From Sarea resinae (lineage: Eukaryota): a stretch of 64,000 bases of DNA. The notes beneath the pieces were generated by a model. It was not told the origin of the DNA. It saw only the letters and a list, made by a program, of their open reading frames with translations, and ran no database searches. Both the position numbers and the translations under genes were made by a program. Shown piece by piece: positions 1 to 14,317 of the stretch. Within the stretch, counting starts at the first letter, position 1. Each line of letters opens with the position of its first letter. The DNA is taken from positions 248,001-312,000 of the forward strand of contig JAPEUD010000006.1 in NCBI GenBank assembly GCA_026026165.1. Direction: 5' to 3'.

Positions 1-1848
1 CTATTGTAATGATAACGAGAATTATATACTCCAAGCAGTGAGTAGTAATAGCACGAAGTGTTGGGATTCCAATAGACTGATCATCCAGCACGCACGGATT
101 GCGATGAGGTCTCCTCTTGTCTCTTTTCATGAGCCGTGAAAGATGATTGATGCTACGAGAACAAGTGGCATGGAGAAAGGCGTGTCCATGACTAGCTACG
201 AGGTACCGCATGGACGAATCCAGTGCGCGGACACGATCGATGCTGAGATTTCGAGCATCAACCCTTCTTTTGGAGTGCTGCTAGCAATGTAAGCATAGAC
301 TTAGTTCGCAAGTATTCCCTTAGGTGGGAGCTACGGAGTGCTACTGTACGGAGCTCGGGAGCCAGCAAAACATTGTCGAACTTTTCTTCCCCTTCATTGG
401 AAGCTTCTTCACACCCTCCCCCTCGGTCCGGGGCGAGTCATGTTCCTGCTTCCACGCGCTGCAAACGGATGCAGCCCATGGTACTCCGAGTACTCCAGAG
501 ACCAATAGGTCGCGTGATTGAGTCGTGCCATATGTACAGTTGTACGCCGGAGTTACCCCCTTCGGACCCTGTTTGGACGCTTCCCATGTGGTGATGCATG
601 TCCCTTGGCCGTACCCATGCGACCAAGTATCTACCTACCTACCTTACCATGAAGATCGACATCATCATAGATCATGATCAGAGTAGGTAGGTACCTAGGG
701 AGGTACCTACCTTAGGAGTAGTGATTCGTACTTCGTACATTTAGATTATGGTCGCAGTGCCTGCCTCACTTCCGCTGACTGATCTCTAGGTACCTCAAGG
801 TACCTACAGTAGGTATCTTACGATGCGCTTTCATACTCGCACGACTGCGTGTGGGACTGAGCTCGAGTGAAATCTATATGAAACCGAGTACGTGCATGCG
901 AAGTATTCCCAAAAGTACCTCATCAACGATACCTCATTCTCATGCAAAAATGAGCCGACGAGAAGCGGTATGGTAATTCAACAAAATCATCGACAACGAT
1001 GAAAGCCTTCTTGACGATGAAGAGTCCTCGGAGTAGTCCAGAGCAACGATGCCACGATAGACTACCTACATTAGTACTTGCCTTAGTAAATACTTCGCTG
1101 CAAAACGTTCGAGTTCGAAAGAGCGGAGAGCGGGCGGAGCTGGGATGCCAAGATGCCGAACGGCCTTGAGTCGCCGAAGTTCTCCTTCGTTCTGGGGGAA
1201 GGGCTCCAGACCGCCCTCCCGCCAGGAAGAGACGGTGTGAAGTACCTACCGGGCGGGCGAGGACTAGGTAATCGAGATCCTTCAGGCCCTGGTGCTCCAC
1301 CTGACGACGAAAAAAGGGTTCGTTGGACTGCTTACCTCGGATCGGCGTCCTGGAGGTTTGACAATCCCGACGCTATCTCGATTCTAGCAGCCCGAGCCAC
1401 ATCCTGGAGCTCCGCTAGACCATGAGTCGCACACCCTTTCGTTCCTTCTAGAGACCTCGCCCGCAAGCCTTAGTCATCTATAGAAGTACTCTATGGAAGT
1501 ACAGAGTACTATTCTGCTCATACCAAGCGTACGATATAGGCGCTTTCATCCCCATTGGGCCCCTACCTGGTATGCTGGACTTGGTGGCGGCTGATGGCTT
1601 ACTGACAGAGTTAGTGATTGCTCAGGTGAATAGCGAAAGAGGCTCCTGCTCTCAGGTCAATCTCAATTTCACTGCTATTCCCAAAGGCAACAATGTTCAA
1701 TACTCGAGCTGCTGACACAGCGTTCTTACCGGCTGCAAGCCTACGCTGCAATGCTGTGTCCTCCAATCGGTGCCTTTATCGAAAAGCAGAAGGTTCGCGC
1801 CAGAGTTCTTTGCTACTTTACTGCCACTTTGCGAGTGAACTTGACCGG

Positions 1849-1900
1849 GTATTATTATTACTATTATGATTATCATCATCATTATTATGTTGTTGTTCTT
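1849..1900. repeat. Compound trinucleotide microsatellite (TAT/CAT/TGT)
   Basis: gtattattattactattatgattatcatcatcattattatgttgttgtt. Confidence 0.8.
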
Positions 1901-3124
1901 ATCATCACAAGGGTCGTTGCATCCATAGCCTTAGGACTCTGTCACAGTCGTGTTGCTGAGCCTCAATGAGGCTGAGTGTGGCGCTTGAGGCGGCTGTCCA
2001 GGGTTGTTCGATCCGATCTGGCAGCAATACTTCTAATCTGGTTTGTGGCTTCGCAACGATCCATGGATATCCATTCATGTTGACCGGCGAGTCCATGGAA
2101 AGTAAAAAGCCCGGAAATCCTGCGACTGCGATCCATTCTCGAGGGATGTTCGGTTCCGAGGCATAAGGCTCGGTGCGGAACAACTGTCTCTGATGTAGCT
2201 CGGACCCGAGCCATTGTGTCGTTCTCCACTATCAAAAGAACAATAATCTGGTTGGTCTTTCCTGCGGAAACACGGGAAATCTGGGCAAAGGCTAACATGA
2301 TGACGACGTCGGGCACCCTGAGGACTTCCATTCTCGATCGGAGTTTACATTCGATCCGATCGATCTGATTGTTGCCAGTCATCAGTCATACCCTGCGATA
2401 CGACTTCCGCAGCACTGCTACAATTCCGTCCGGAGTATATTGGATAAGGTATGAATTATGCCAGAACATTTATTAATCGTCAGGCTTTGCTGCAACATCG
2501 GAAAGTCGCGCCCATTGAATCTTTACTCCTGGCTAGACCCACAGTTGCATTCTAGATTTCCTTACCGTTCTTACCTAAGGGTCCAGTTCGTTGATGAAAC
2601 GAATCTTATCTCGATCTGATAAATGCAACAATCTGCCCGCGACAAGCTTTTCTTACGGAAGAGCAGTTGGCTGCGTGCAGATATACGGATGAAGATACTA
2701 TAGGGAACATAAATAGTAGATGAGCGTTGCCGTCGTATCTTTTGCGGACTGCCTTGCATAATCCATTACTTTGAATCGTTCCCCCCCCGAGACAAGGACA
2801 GCCCCCAGGACGTTACGGCACATCTTTGGAGCTCTAAGATTTCGTTCCAGTAAATTTGCCGACTGGCTCTTGAAAATGAAAGTAGAATTAGTGGACTTCG
2901 ATCCGGCTAGCTATCGCTGAGGCGAATAGCACGATGGGAACGTTTGTTGTTGTGATTCGAGTCAAGTACGGATATCTTATCTGTGATGGATATGATCTTC
3001 GGGTGAGCTGCGGGCACTCGCAGGCCGAGGGCGAATCGGCTACCCCTGCCTAAGAGACATGGTCTTCGTAGAGCCCCCAGAATCGGCAGCATCCACATGC
3101 ATCCATATCTAAGTAGCTTCCTAG

Positions 3125-4644
3125 ATGATGAATGATGTCGCCGCCATGAATCCTCACAGCCTTCTCACACGACCAAATGAGAGCCCTAAAACTTCGCTTG
3201 TCTTCTACTGCATCTTATGGAAGATTCTCTTACTACTAAGTGCATACGTCGCTCCTGGACCCGGTTACGATACATCCACAACCTTAGTCCAACCCCACAG
3301 CTTGAGAGTCATCAGCGGAGATGATACGAATCTCTCAACTGGCTGGCTTGGTCAAGGGCTGGTGAGCAAGCTTGTTAGATGGGATGGCATCTATTTCATC
3401 AAAATTGCCGAAAGAGGATACCTGTATGAACAGGAATGGGCTTTTGGATGGGGTTTCACTAAATTTGTGTCACTCACTACGAAATGTAGGTCGAGCTAAG
3501 ATGCGTTGAAAAGTCAGAAGCAACTGACGCGTTAGACCTTACTCATGATGGGAGTATCCTATCTGAAGCTTGTGTGGCTATCGCCATTGCCCATGTCAGT
3601 CATTTAGCATCGGTCTTGGTGCTGTACAGTATAGTCAAGCTGGTGCTGGGCCAGCGTACTGCCAGCAAGCGTGCTTTGGTCGTATCCCTTCTGCACATTA
3701 TCTGCCCGGCTGGAATGTTCCTATCGGCAGCCTCTCCCGAAAGTCTCTTCTCGTTGTTAAATTTTTCGGGTTCCCTATTCTATGCCAGGAGTATAATCAA
3801 AGACCAGACTGTCTCAAAACAGACTTTATCAAGCGACAAGGATTTGATTATTGCAGCCTGCTTCTTTAGCCTTGCCACGACGACGCGAAGCAATGGTTTG
3901 CTCAATGGTTTACTATATCTTTATGATGTTTCAACGTTATTGTTGAAGTTTGCTCGTTTCAATTTTGAATTCTCTGATATTCGAAGGACATGCAGCTTGA
4001 TCTTGGGAGGGATCATCGTCTCTCTGGGCTCGTTAGTGCCGCAGTTCATCGCGTATCAAGAGTATTGTTTTCCTATCACTTCAGATAGCGATACTAGGCC
4101 ATGGTGTATGGGATTGCTTCCAAGCATATACAGTTGGGTTCAGAGTCACTACTGGTATGGTATTCGCCGTCCTTATAACGTTCTCAAGCTGACTGCGATT
4201 TAAAGGAACGTGGGGTTCTTGCGCTACTGGACGATCTCGAATCTACCTTTGTTTTTGTTAGCGACGCCTATGCTCTTTGTCATGACCAGGTCTGCCGTCT
4301 GGGCGCTTTTGGCCAGAGAACGGCGCATAAATGAATGCACGGTCTCGGCCTCCAATGCGGAAGACCAGATTGATGCGAACTTCTTAATGTGCATTCGGCG
4401 ATTTGCTCTCCCACAGCTTGGGTTGGCGGTACTCGCATTTGTGGGCTACCATGTTCAGATCATTACTCGCCTTTCTTCGGGCTACTTCATTTGGTACTTG
4501 TGGCTGGCGAACAACATGGATACGATTCAGGGCGTGAAGTCATCGAGAAAGAGGACAAAGGTCGAGAAGATCATTGTGAGGGGGATGATCGTTTACGCGG
4601 TGATTCAAGGGGGCTTATATGCAAGCTTCCTACCTCCGGCCTAG
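3125..4644 (+). CDS. GPI18: GPI mannosyltransferase 2 (PIG-V/Gpi18), 3 exons
   Basis: Motifs PGPGYDTST, LVRWDGIYF, GYLYEQEWAFG, RSNG, SIYSWVQSHYW|NVGFLRYWT, HVQIITRLSS and C-terminal FLPPA. Introns 3486-3535 and 4155-4205 join three ORF-track fragments. The start ATG is uncertain (3125, 3128 or 3146). Confidence 0.93.
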
Positions 4645-5361
4645 GCTTCAGCGACCGGACAGGAGATCAATCCCCGGAATCTCGCGGGAAGTGTCATTTG
4701 TGAGGTTCAGGTGTGTAGACATCTATATTGTCTCCTTCGAGATGTTATCCTCTATCAGCCATAGATGTATTATGTTCTCTTCTCGCTTGCTTTCTGTTGG
4801 GGGCGGTGAGAGCATGAGTGAGATGTCTCGTTCACAGGCGCCGCACGGCTTCTTCCGAGGATTCCATGCGGCAAAGTCACCTTGTACTCAAGTCGTAGTC
4901 AGCTTAGCCGCTTAACGTGGTTAATAGCTTCGAGCTGCTGGCCTTCTACTACGCGACGTAATAGAGCTGCCTGAGGTGCGCCTTGAGCAACGACACGAGC
5001 AACGAAGAGACGGCGACAACACCAACGGCAACGGGTGCAGGCAGACACCGCCTACGTATCCAATACCACCATCATACCCTTTTGAACCTCGTCTCGCCGA
5101 CTGGCCATATAATCAATCTCTATCCACTACTCGCTCGTTCGCCTCATTCACTCATCTGATTGAATGTGCGTATGTGCATAGTCTCGCCTCTCTGCTGCCG
5201 ACCACTCACTCGCACCTTCATCAAATCCAAGCTCAATCTCTACTCAATCTTGGTTCTGTCTACTTTTGACGTGCACCATTTGGCCTCTTCTCTCACATCA
5301 TAGAAGCTAGCCGTCAGACGTCAGTCTACGGTTGGTAGCTCTCTTGATAGCCTCATTCATC

Positions 5362-8300
5362 ATGGATGCAGGTAGGATCGCCGACCTCATAGCCTCCTCC
5401 AAGGGCCAATCTGGTAACGACATATCGCGAGCTACCTCGCCAGGTATTGGGGGATGGGGGAACAGTAGCGCCGATGGCCAGGACTTCGATAGACAGAACC
5501 GAAACCGCCCCCGCACTTACCCTTACTTCAGTTATCTACCATACACTGTTGAGGATGAAGACAGAAGACAGAAAAATCTGGAGGAGATTCTCAAACAGCT
5601 GTATATATCGGTTGAGGCAGGAGACTTTGCACCAGGTGCTGTGCACTGGACGAGGGAGCTCAGAAGTTGGCTAGGCCTGAAATTTGATCCATCCACTGCA
5701 ATAAGAGTGAAGCTGGTGAGGCTATACTATGAGCTCGCCCTAGCCCCGGGAATTGATCCCAGTGTCTCCGAACGCTTTGCTAGCATGTTCATGGTATTGA
5801 CTAAGTAAGTTCATTAATCATGACGACCACCAAATCCGGTCCTGAATGGCGTTCCTCTAACGTATTTGACCAGGAGAAAGCATTATCTCCGGCCAGGGAA
5901 AGACCTTCTTCTAGACTGGAAACCGCTGTTCAAGGAGCTCAAGGTATTTGTCTTGCCTTCGGAGTCTGGAATGGCGCACACAACAAATGTCAAGCGCAGC
6001 ATTCGGACTCTGACCAAGCTTTGCACCTTCGCTCAATTGTACTTTGATCCAAGAGAGATCCCGAATATGTTCGACGAATTTCTTCCATATTTTAGTACGT
6101 CCTTCGCAGAAGGTGCATACGTCGTGGTTGGCCTCCTCAACCTACTTCTTCCTACGGCTCCTGCCCCTGCAGACAACGAGAAATTACAGCCTCAATACTA
6201 TATGCCTACATTCTTCCACCTGTGGTCTCTTGTAAATCGATCAAAGGGCTTTGATGTCGATTTCCTCGATATATTTTCTCGGCTGGCCCGCGACTCGTTG
6301 CCTGCTAAACACATTCCCTTTTCCGAATATGGGATCTTCACTGAGCAGCAGTCCTCACTCATCTTCACAGCCATACTTCGATTGCTTGAAATACCTGTGG
6401 GCCAGGCAACTTCGCCTTATAGTGGCGCAGTCGATCTATCGGCTGGACTTGCCCTCATGTTAGACAGAGATCAGAGGAAACATCCCACGGCGCACCACAT
6501 AGCTCGGTGGATAGTCATGTCGCTGTCACCTGCTTGTTTGGATAAGCCTAATTCAATTTTAACGAACCTTGAAGGGCTCATCCAGGCAGTAGAGACATTC
6601 TTCCACCCGTCCAACTCGGGTGGCTGGACAAGAACCCTTTCCCAGCTTGTCTACTACCTCGCCGATTTCTTTGTCATGCGGTGGAACCGCGAGAAAACGG
6701 GCGAGATGGACGTGCCAGAAGAGAGGAAACTCAACGAGGCCATCAAGAAACGATTCGTACTTTGCCTCAGGGATGTGATATTCATGGGCATCTATGCAAA
6801 GAGTGGCACAGCCATGAATTTCTCACTATCTACATTGCAGAGCTTGGCCTACTTGGAACCGAGTCTCATACTTCCTGGAGCATTGCAGCGTATTTATCCG
6901 TCTATGCAAGGCCTCGTCGAAGTCCACCGAACAACTTCGTCGCTACGATCACTCCAGGTACTGTCAAAGATAATGGTACGTGCAAAAGGTTTTAGGTGCC
7001 ATGTCACCACGTTGCTTGGCCTTGCCCTACCCGGTATCGACGCAAACGATTTGGAAAAAACACTCCATACTTTGTCATACATCCAAACTGTCTGTTATAA
7101 CATCCCATTCTATGACATGACACAGCAGCGCGATGATATCAGCGGCAGTGCCCTCGCGATGGGCTGGATCACCTCCGAAGTTGACCGAATGGAGAGAGAA
7201 GGCGCTGACGTCGAGATGGACTATGAGAATGGTTTGAGCGATGAAGATGAAGCCATGATCCTCAGTTCCTCGACCGCTGGTTTTGGCGAATTTCTAATAT
7301 CCTTCCTTGGGAGAGTATTTACCCTACTGGAAAACTTGCCAGATGCCTCCCGCGTACGCAGTGGCTCGCCAGAGGAGAACGTAGTCAATACGTTGCCTGC
7401 AACATTTACGCCTCTCCTCGCCTCTCTGTCGCCAGAGCTATATGACATGGCTCTCAGCAAGATCGCGGATTTCGTAGCAAATCATGTTATACATCAAGCT
7501 CGAGATGCTATGGCTTTCATCTGCAACGCTCTCTGCAAGGTCAATGCGGAGAAAGCACTCAAACGGCTTGTACCACTTCTCATACAGTCGATTCACACCG
7601 AGATCGAGGACAATGGTGCCGCTTCCTCTCGAAACACCGGATCGGATGTACTCCCTCGAGATCGTGGTCTCGTGTGGAATGTCAGCATGCTCAGTATGTG
7701 CGTTGTACACGTTGGAGATGCTGTTCTCAATCACAAAAGAGAGTTATTAGACATAGCTATCTACATGCAAGAAAGGTGTAAGGGTATTCCTACCGTACAC
7801 GTCTCGAATTTCATTCATCATCTGCTGCTGAACCTTACTGTCACATACACTGTCGACTACTCGCTTTACGAACCGGATGTTATAGCACGAGGACTTCAGA
7901 TCGAAGATTGGGGCCGAAGTCCGAGCCCAAATGAGCTCAGCATCAAATGGCATGTTCCTAAGAAAGAAGAGGTTGAATTCGCCGTTGAGCTCTTCCAATC
8001 TCAAGCCGAGAGTGCACTAAATCGATTATCATCCCTGACAAGCGATAGCTCTCCTATAAATCGGGATGGAACGGGCAAGGAGTGGTCAGACGAAGTGTCC
8101 AGAAATCTTGTATTGCTGAGACTGATCTTGTCCGGAGTCTCTGTCTTATTTGACCCTAAGGCTGCCTCTAAAGATGGAAAAGATGATGAGAAGCCAACAA
8201 CTAATGGTGACGTAAGCATGTCTGACGCCAACGGAGACGTCAATGAAGATCACGAAATCGACGATGCTGTCCTTGGTGAAGCAGACGACGAGGAGGTGAA

Positions 8301-11300
8301 ACCAACCTTTCAGTATCCGGCAGGATATTCCTTACAGGAGGGTGATGCATTGTACTCGACAGTTCATTCTCTCAGAGAGAGGGCTGGCGAGGTCTTGCAT
8401 GACGTGCATTGTTTCCTTACCGAGAAGCAAGAGGACGATGTCACCTGCTTCAATTCTCTCTATACGGCCTACCGCTCATGGTTCGTCGACGTCGGTATCG
8501 AGCGGTCTGCTCATGTCCTTGACCGTGTGACCAGACTGCTAGCCGCTGACATTCACCCTTACAAAGTGAGCGGATTGCGTAAAGAATATCCTAGACCTCT
8601 TCTACTGCGCAGAGCGAACGTCTATCACCTACAGCGACTGCGTCATAATGCCGCTCCTAGACCAAAGTCAGATTTAGACAAACAGTTGCTGCTTGACTTA
8701 GCGGCATCAAGTGTTTCACTCTACACCGAGATTCGACGCAATGCCCAGAGCGCAAACGAATCGGCTGTCAAAGTATTGATTGGTGCTCGTCCTTTGGTCA
8801 TCCCGTCATTACTCAAAGCCTTTAGAGAAGCAGTCGCTGCAAATGACTTTCCTCGTATCAAGGGAGCCATGTACTCTTTGCTCTTCGGAAGCTTGGCTAA
8901 AACGATAGGAAGAGACTGGAGATTTGCCCCATCTCTGATTAGATCTTTTATCGCCGTCAGTACTGTGGATAAGCCGTCCGTACAGAAGCTTTCGAGTGGT
9001 GCAACCTACCAAGTCATGGATTACGGACGGCCCTTGGAGCGAATGGTCATTCTAGATGAGGACATTGTCAAAGCGTTAGCTCCCTCTGAGGACGTAGAAT
9101 CGAGAATCTCGCGAAAGAAGCGCCATATCGAACGAAAGCGCTCTAAAGTGGAGAAGAAGAAAGCCGATCTCGCCGTCGAGCTTGTTGATCTTGCCAGAGA
9201 GTCACATTGGAAGAAGGCTAGTCGCACAGCTGCCATTGTCATCAACCTGGGTATGCGATTTGAAACCATTGCCTCGAAAAACATGGTGGATCTGGTCGCA
9301 AAAGGGACAATTGATTCTCATCCAGGGCTGCGGGGCCTCTATTCAGGAGCGCTAGTTGCGGTAGGTGAAAAATGCTATGACATGTATCTGGTCACTGACT
9401 TTTCTTAGCTATTCTCATTGGTGGAGTTACGGTCTGTCTGCAAGCATGACTATAGGAATTATCTGCTCGAGATACAAGACATACCGGCGAAGATTGAGGT
9501 TCCAACAAAGCGAGAGGATCCTAACTGGACAGAAGAATACTTGGCCAGCTTTGCGAAGGCTGATGCAAATTACTACGTGGATCATGACTACCCAGGCTGG
9601 CTCGTGTGGGGTGAAACTATGCCAGCTTATCAATCAAATCCAAAGAGGAACCTCGAGTATGACGAGACTGAAAAGGCAATACGAGCTCAAATGGGTTCTA
9701 TCCTAGATCGAAAATGGTTTTCTACTTTTTTCGGATACCTCAAGCAGGAACCTCGCGATGCCGGTGCCGATAGATTCAGAATGGCCAGCGCCATGATGCT
9801 CCTGTACGCGTTTGGACTGCTAGTTGATGGTGTTACAAAGGCAACATTCGAGGACATCAAAGAAGACATAAAGGAAGTTTATGCTGATGGTAGCGACAAG
9901 CATCAGCACCGTGCAACGGCAGAGATTCTTGGGGCCTTGATATCCGCCGTCACTGATCGTTCAGTTGAGCTGCGAACCATGGTCTGGGAGTTCACTTTCC
10001 CGTTGATTCAAAAAGTATTCGAGGATGGGCTGACTCCAGAAAATGTGGCTTACTGGGTCACATTTCTACACCTTATCCTTCAAGGAAAGGATCCAAGACG
10101 CGCCTGGCCGATCGTTGACTGGCTTGCAAGTTTCAGGCTCGACATGTCATCGAATGCAGCCTTCAAAGAAAGCTCCAAAATCCAACTTCTACAGCAATGT
10201 GTTTTGGATGCTGGTTGGCACTTTCAACTTGAAAAGCCAATCTTGGAAGACTTTCTCGCGCATCTAGACCACCCTTATAAGGGCGTCCGAGAGGCTATGG
10301 GTCAGACATTAGGGAGTATCTACCGCACACGTTATCACGAGTCTTACAAGAGCGTTCAGGCCCTTATGGAGGGAGAGAAGGCAGCATCATCGGTAGGGAG
10401 CAGACCTTACCAGCCAACTGACCAATTCACTGCCACTGTCACCGAGGTATTCCAGAGACTTGAAAGGTGGAGATTAGAGCGTACGCCTGGACAGCAGACG
10501 CCTTCTCCGTACACTTCCGGTAGTAAGACTGTCCTCCTGTGGTTGGACTCAATGCTGTCTTCACATGAGTGCACCGAGTTGCTGCAATTCTTCCCGGATG
10601 TCTTTATGGAGCAATTACTTCACATGATGGATGTCAAAGAAGATCCGGAACTTCAATCCCTCGCATACCATGTCTTCCGCCATTTGCCCAATATTCCTCA
10701 CCGTGCTGGAGAAGACCAAGAATTCATATCAGCTCTCATTCGCATCGGCACAAAGTCTCCCTTATGGCATCAACGTCTACGTGTCCTAATCAATATCCAA
10801 GTAATCTATTTCCGGCGTTTGTTCTTGATGAGCTGCGAAGAGCAGATGGCCCTCTTCAAGTGCGTCTCGGCCATGCTCGAAGATTCGCAACTCGAAGTTC
10901 GACTTGGAGCCTCAACAACTCTGTCAGGAATGATCCGCTGCTCGCCCGTGTCACTACGTTCCAAGATCGTGCAGGAACTCAAACAGAAGTTCACCCACAT
11001 GCTTACTGCGAATGCACTACCAAAGCGGTCCGGCGTTGGCACACCGACGCCAGAGCATAATAAGATCGTCCTCTTGCGCCATGCAGCAGTTCTGGGGCTA
11101 GGTGCTCTGGTTCAAGCATTTCCTTACATGTCTCCGCCGCCTACCTGGTTGCCCGAAGTCTTAGCCACCATCGCAGTAAAAGCTGCCTCAGACCCGGGGA
11201 TTGTGGGCAAGAGCGTGAAGAGCATCTTGAGTGACTTCAAGAAGACACGGCAAGACACTTGGCATGTTGACGTCAAGGTATTCCCGCCATCCCCAGCTCC

Positions 11301-11391
11301 TCAATTGGATAACACTGACTTGCAGCAGGTGTTCAATGTGGAACAATTAGAGGATCTCGAGGGAGTATTGTGGAAGAGCTACTTCGCCTAG
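5362..11391 (+). CDS. BLM10: Proteasome activator Blm10/PA200 (PSME4), 4 exons
   Basis: Protein of about 1950 aa with ETFFHPSNSGGW, LPGIDANDLEKT, DFKKTRQDTW and C-terminal LWKSYFA (like yeast Blm10 YYA). Introns 5805-5873, 9361-9408 and 11278-11325/11328. Confidence 0.95.
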
Positions 11392-11851
11392 AGTGAAGGG
11401 AGTGAAAGGGCCTTCCGATGAGCTGATGCGACCTTATGGATGCTTCCTTTGGGAATAATGTGGTTGGAACATGTTTATGGCTGCTTTGGCGACGAAAGGA
11501 ATCTTTTATATCGTCTGATACGCGCATTACTCTATTGCGAATTGCGTCTCGCGGTGTGAAATGGGGATAATTGGATGGACGCTAGTATCTAGACTTACTA
11601 CCTCACCTAAATTACTATGTATCATGAAGTATGAAGTACTTCGCTTGAAGTACGTCGACGGGCCACTCCCGAGACTGGAAGGCGTGCGAAATTTATCGAT
11701 AAGGGCTTGGGCTGTTCAATAGACTAGGCTACTCTCGAACATCTCAAGCAATCCAGAGCCGCCGTCATGAATGATTGATCCAGTCACACTTCTCAAAGCG
11801 CGCCGACTGTCGCCTCTCTAGAATTCTGTCCTGCCACTTCAATGGCCTAGT

Positions 11852-13253
11852 ATGGCACCCAGTCTTTGCGCCGTATGCCAAACGTCGCGGGCACTCATCA
11901 TAAGGCCCAAGAACCAGAAGAAGCTCTGCAAGCCTTGTTTTCTTGCCGTCTTTGAATCCGAGATCCATCACACCATCAATGCCAACTCCCTTTTTCTTCC
12001 CGGTGAACGAGTCGCAATAGGTGCGTCTGGCGGAAAGGACTCGACTGTCCTTGCTTCGGTCCTCAAGACGCTGAACGAGCGCCACGGCTATGGCTTGGAC
12101 CTCGTACTCCTCTCCATCGACGAGGGCATCAAGGGCTACAGAGACGACAGTCTGGAGACGGTGAAGAGGAACGCCGTGCAGTATGGAATGCCGCTTGAGA
12201 TTGTCGGCTACGACGAGCTCTACGGCTGGACAATGGACCAAGTTGTCCAGCAGGTCGGCAAGAAAGGCAATTGCACCTATTGTGGCGTTTTCAGGCGCCA
12301 GGCGTTGGACAGAGGAGCCGCGAAATTAGGAATCAAGCACGTAGTCACGGGCCACAACGCAGACGATATCGCCGAAACGGTGATGATGAACCGTGAGTGC
12401 CGTCCCCCGACCTCGACCCCACCCACACACCCGAGGGTCTCGCAATGAATCAACTGACGAACACATACCACCAGTCTTAAGAGGCGATCTGCCCCGCCTG
12501 GCCAGAGCCACCAGCATCGTCACGGCCTCGGCGGCTTCCGACACCAAGCGCAGCAAGCCGCTCAAGTACGCGTACGAGAAGGAGATTGTGCTCTACGCGC
12601 ACCACAAGAAACTCGACTATTTCTCGACCGAGTGCATCTATTCGCCCGAGGCGTTCCGAGGCAGCGCGAGGACGCTGATCAAGAATCTCGAGAAGGTCCG
12701 GCCGAGCGCGATCTTGGACATTGTCCGGAGCGGCGAGGACATGGCCAAGTTGGTTCCTGGACATGGCAGCGGCAGCGGCGGCGACGGGAGGGCCTGTGGT
12801 GGGAAAGGAGGCGTCGACGGCGGTAGCGTCGAGCACGACGAGGACGCCGGTGGGTGCGGGAGTACGAATGAGAGGGGCCCTACAGGGGGAGAGATGGCCG
12901 ATATGGAAGCGTCATTGCACGCAGATGCAGCGGCCGAGGAGAGAGAAATCGAAATCACCAGCGCCGCTACGGGTGGGCAGCAACACAAGCCGCGAGCCGA
13001 GAATAAAGGGAGCAAAAACCGGGCAAAGAGACCGGCGGTGACGGCACGGAAGATAAACCAGCAAACCATGGGCCAGTGCACACGATGTGGCTATCTCTCC
13101 AGCCAGGAGCTCTGCAAGGCGTGTCTGCTCCTCGAAGGCCTGAACAAGAACAGGCCGAAGACGGAGATCACGATCGGTATAGATGAGGAAGACGAGGAGG
13201 GCAGCTCGACCCTGCGGAGGCAGATGGAGGGGCTCGTCTTGACTGCGGGGTAA
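11852..13253 (+). CDS. NCS6: Cytoplasmic tRNA 2-thiolation protein 1 (Ncs6/Ctu1), 2 exons
   Basis: PP-loop SGGKDS, N-terminal CxxC pairs, [38 protein letters not shown]-terminal CTRCG..CKAC. Intron 12393-12474. Confidence 0.96.
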
Positions 13254-14317
13254 GCTATTGGAACAAGGGGTTCAAAAGTTTCTGGTTCTTTTTGTTTTGG
13301 GGGGGGGGGGCGGGGTCAGAGAGGCCGGCGGGGCGTTCATGTGTTAATAAGATAGACATATCCACGTTTATACGATTGTTCATGGGTACTTGCTATCTCT
13401 GCTCACTCTTTCTGGTTGCGATTTTACGGGTCAGAACAGTTCTCAAGCTGTCAAGCAATTTTCCGCCGAACATCAAAGACCCAGGAGTTTACGACTTTTA
13501 CGATTGAACATCTCGGGATCTACGTTCTCGGCTTTAATCATCGAATGTCTCAGAGACGAACTTTCGATCATATAACTAGCCATATCGATGCCATCCAATG
13601 CAGTCTTACCCTACATACAGGTATACCATATATAGCCCGCGTTACTCCAAGTTTTAAATACAAATTCAACTGTTTACTTCGTCTTCCCCATCTCAGCTCT
13701 TGACTCTTCAAGCCACCGACCGCCCCTCGCCCCTCTTCCCCTCCCCCGTTTACAGATCAATCTGAATTAACGTAAGAGAAAAACCCAAACCGCATCAGAT
13801 TTCCGATCAACCAATAAGTAGAGTTTAATGCATTCTCATTTATTTATTTGTCTGTCGTCTTCGTAGTCATGATAAGGAAAGTATTAGAAGAAAAAAAAAA
13901 AACCAATAAACCCAAGACAAACAAGCAGACACCCCCAAGGCCAGGAAAAGAAAATGAAAACCCGTATATCCATCCCATTCCGTCGTATCGTATCGTATCA
14001 GAAGAGCATTGATGGTTTTCCTCTGTTATCATCATCATCATTACTATCATCATAATGGGTGTTTTGTTTGTTGTTTTTGGTCGTCGTCGTCGTCAGCCCA
14101 CCCTCATCGTCGTCGTCCTCGTCGTCGTGATCATCAAGCCGGAGAAGAAGAAAACATGGAAAAATCAACAGGAAGATGGAGACGGAAAGAACTGCCACCA
14201 AAAGCATTTTTCCCATCTTCAAGGACACACAAGCCACAGACGTCCATGGCACCATACCATCAGGCTCCTGGACCGATATGAACCAAAAGCTCCTGACGAC
14301 CGTCATTTGACACCCAC

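Noticed and set aside
1..3100. Short ORFs in the first 3 kb
   Set aside because: No domain similarity or consistent exon structure; several come from microsatellites.
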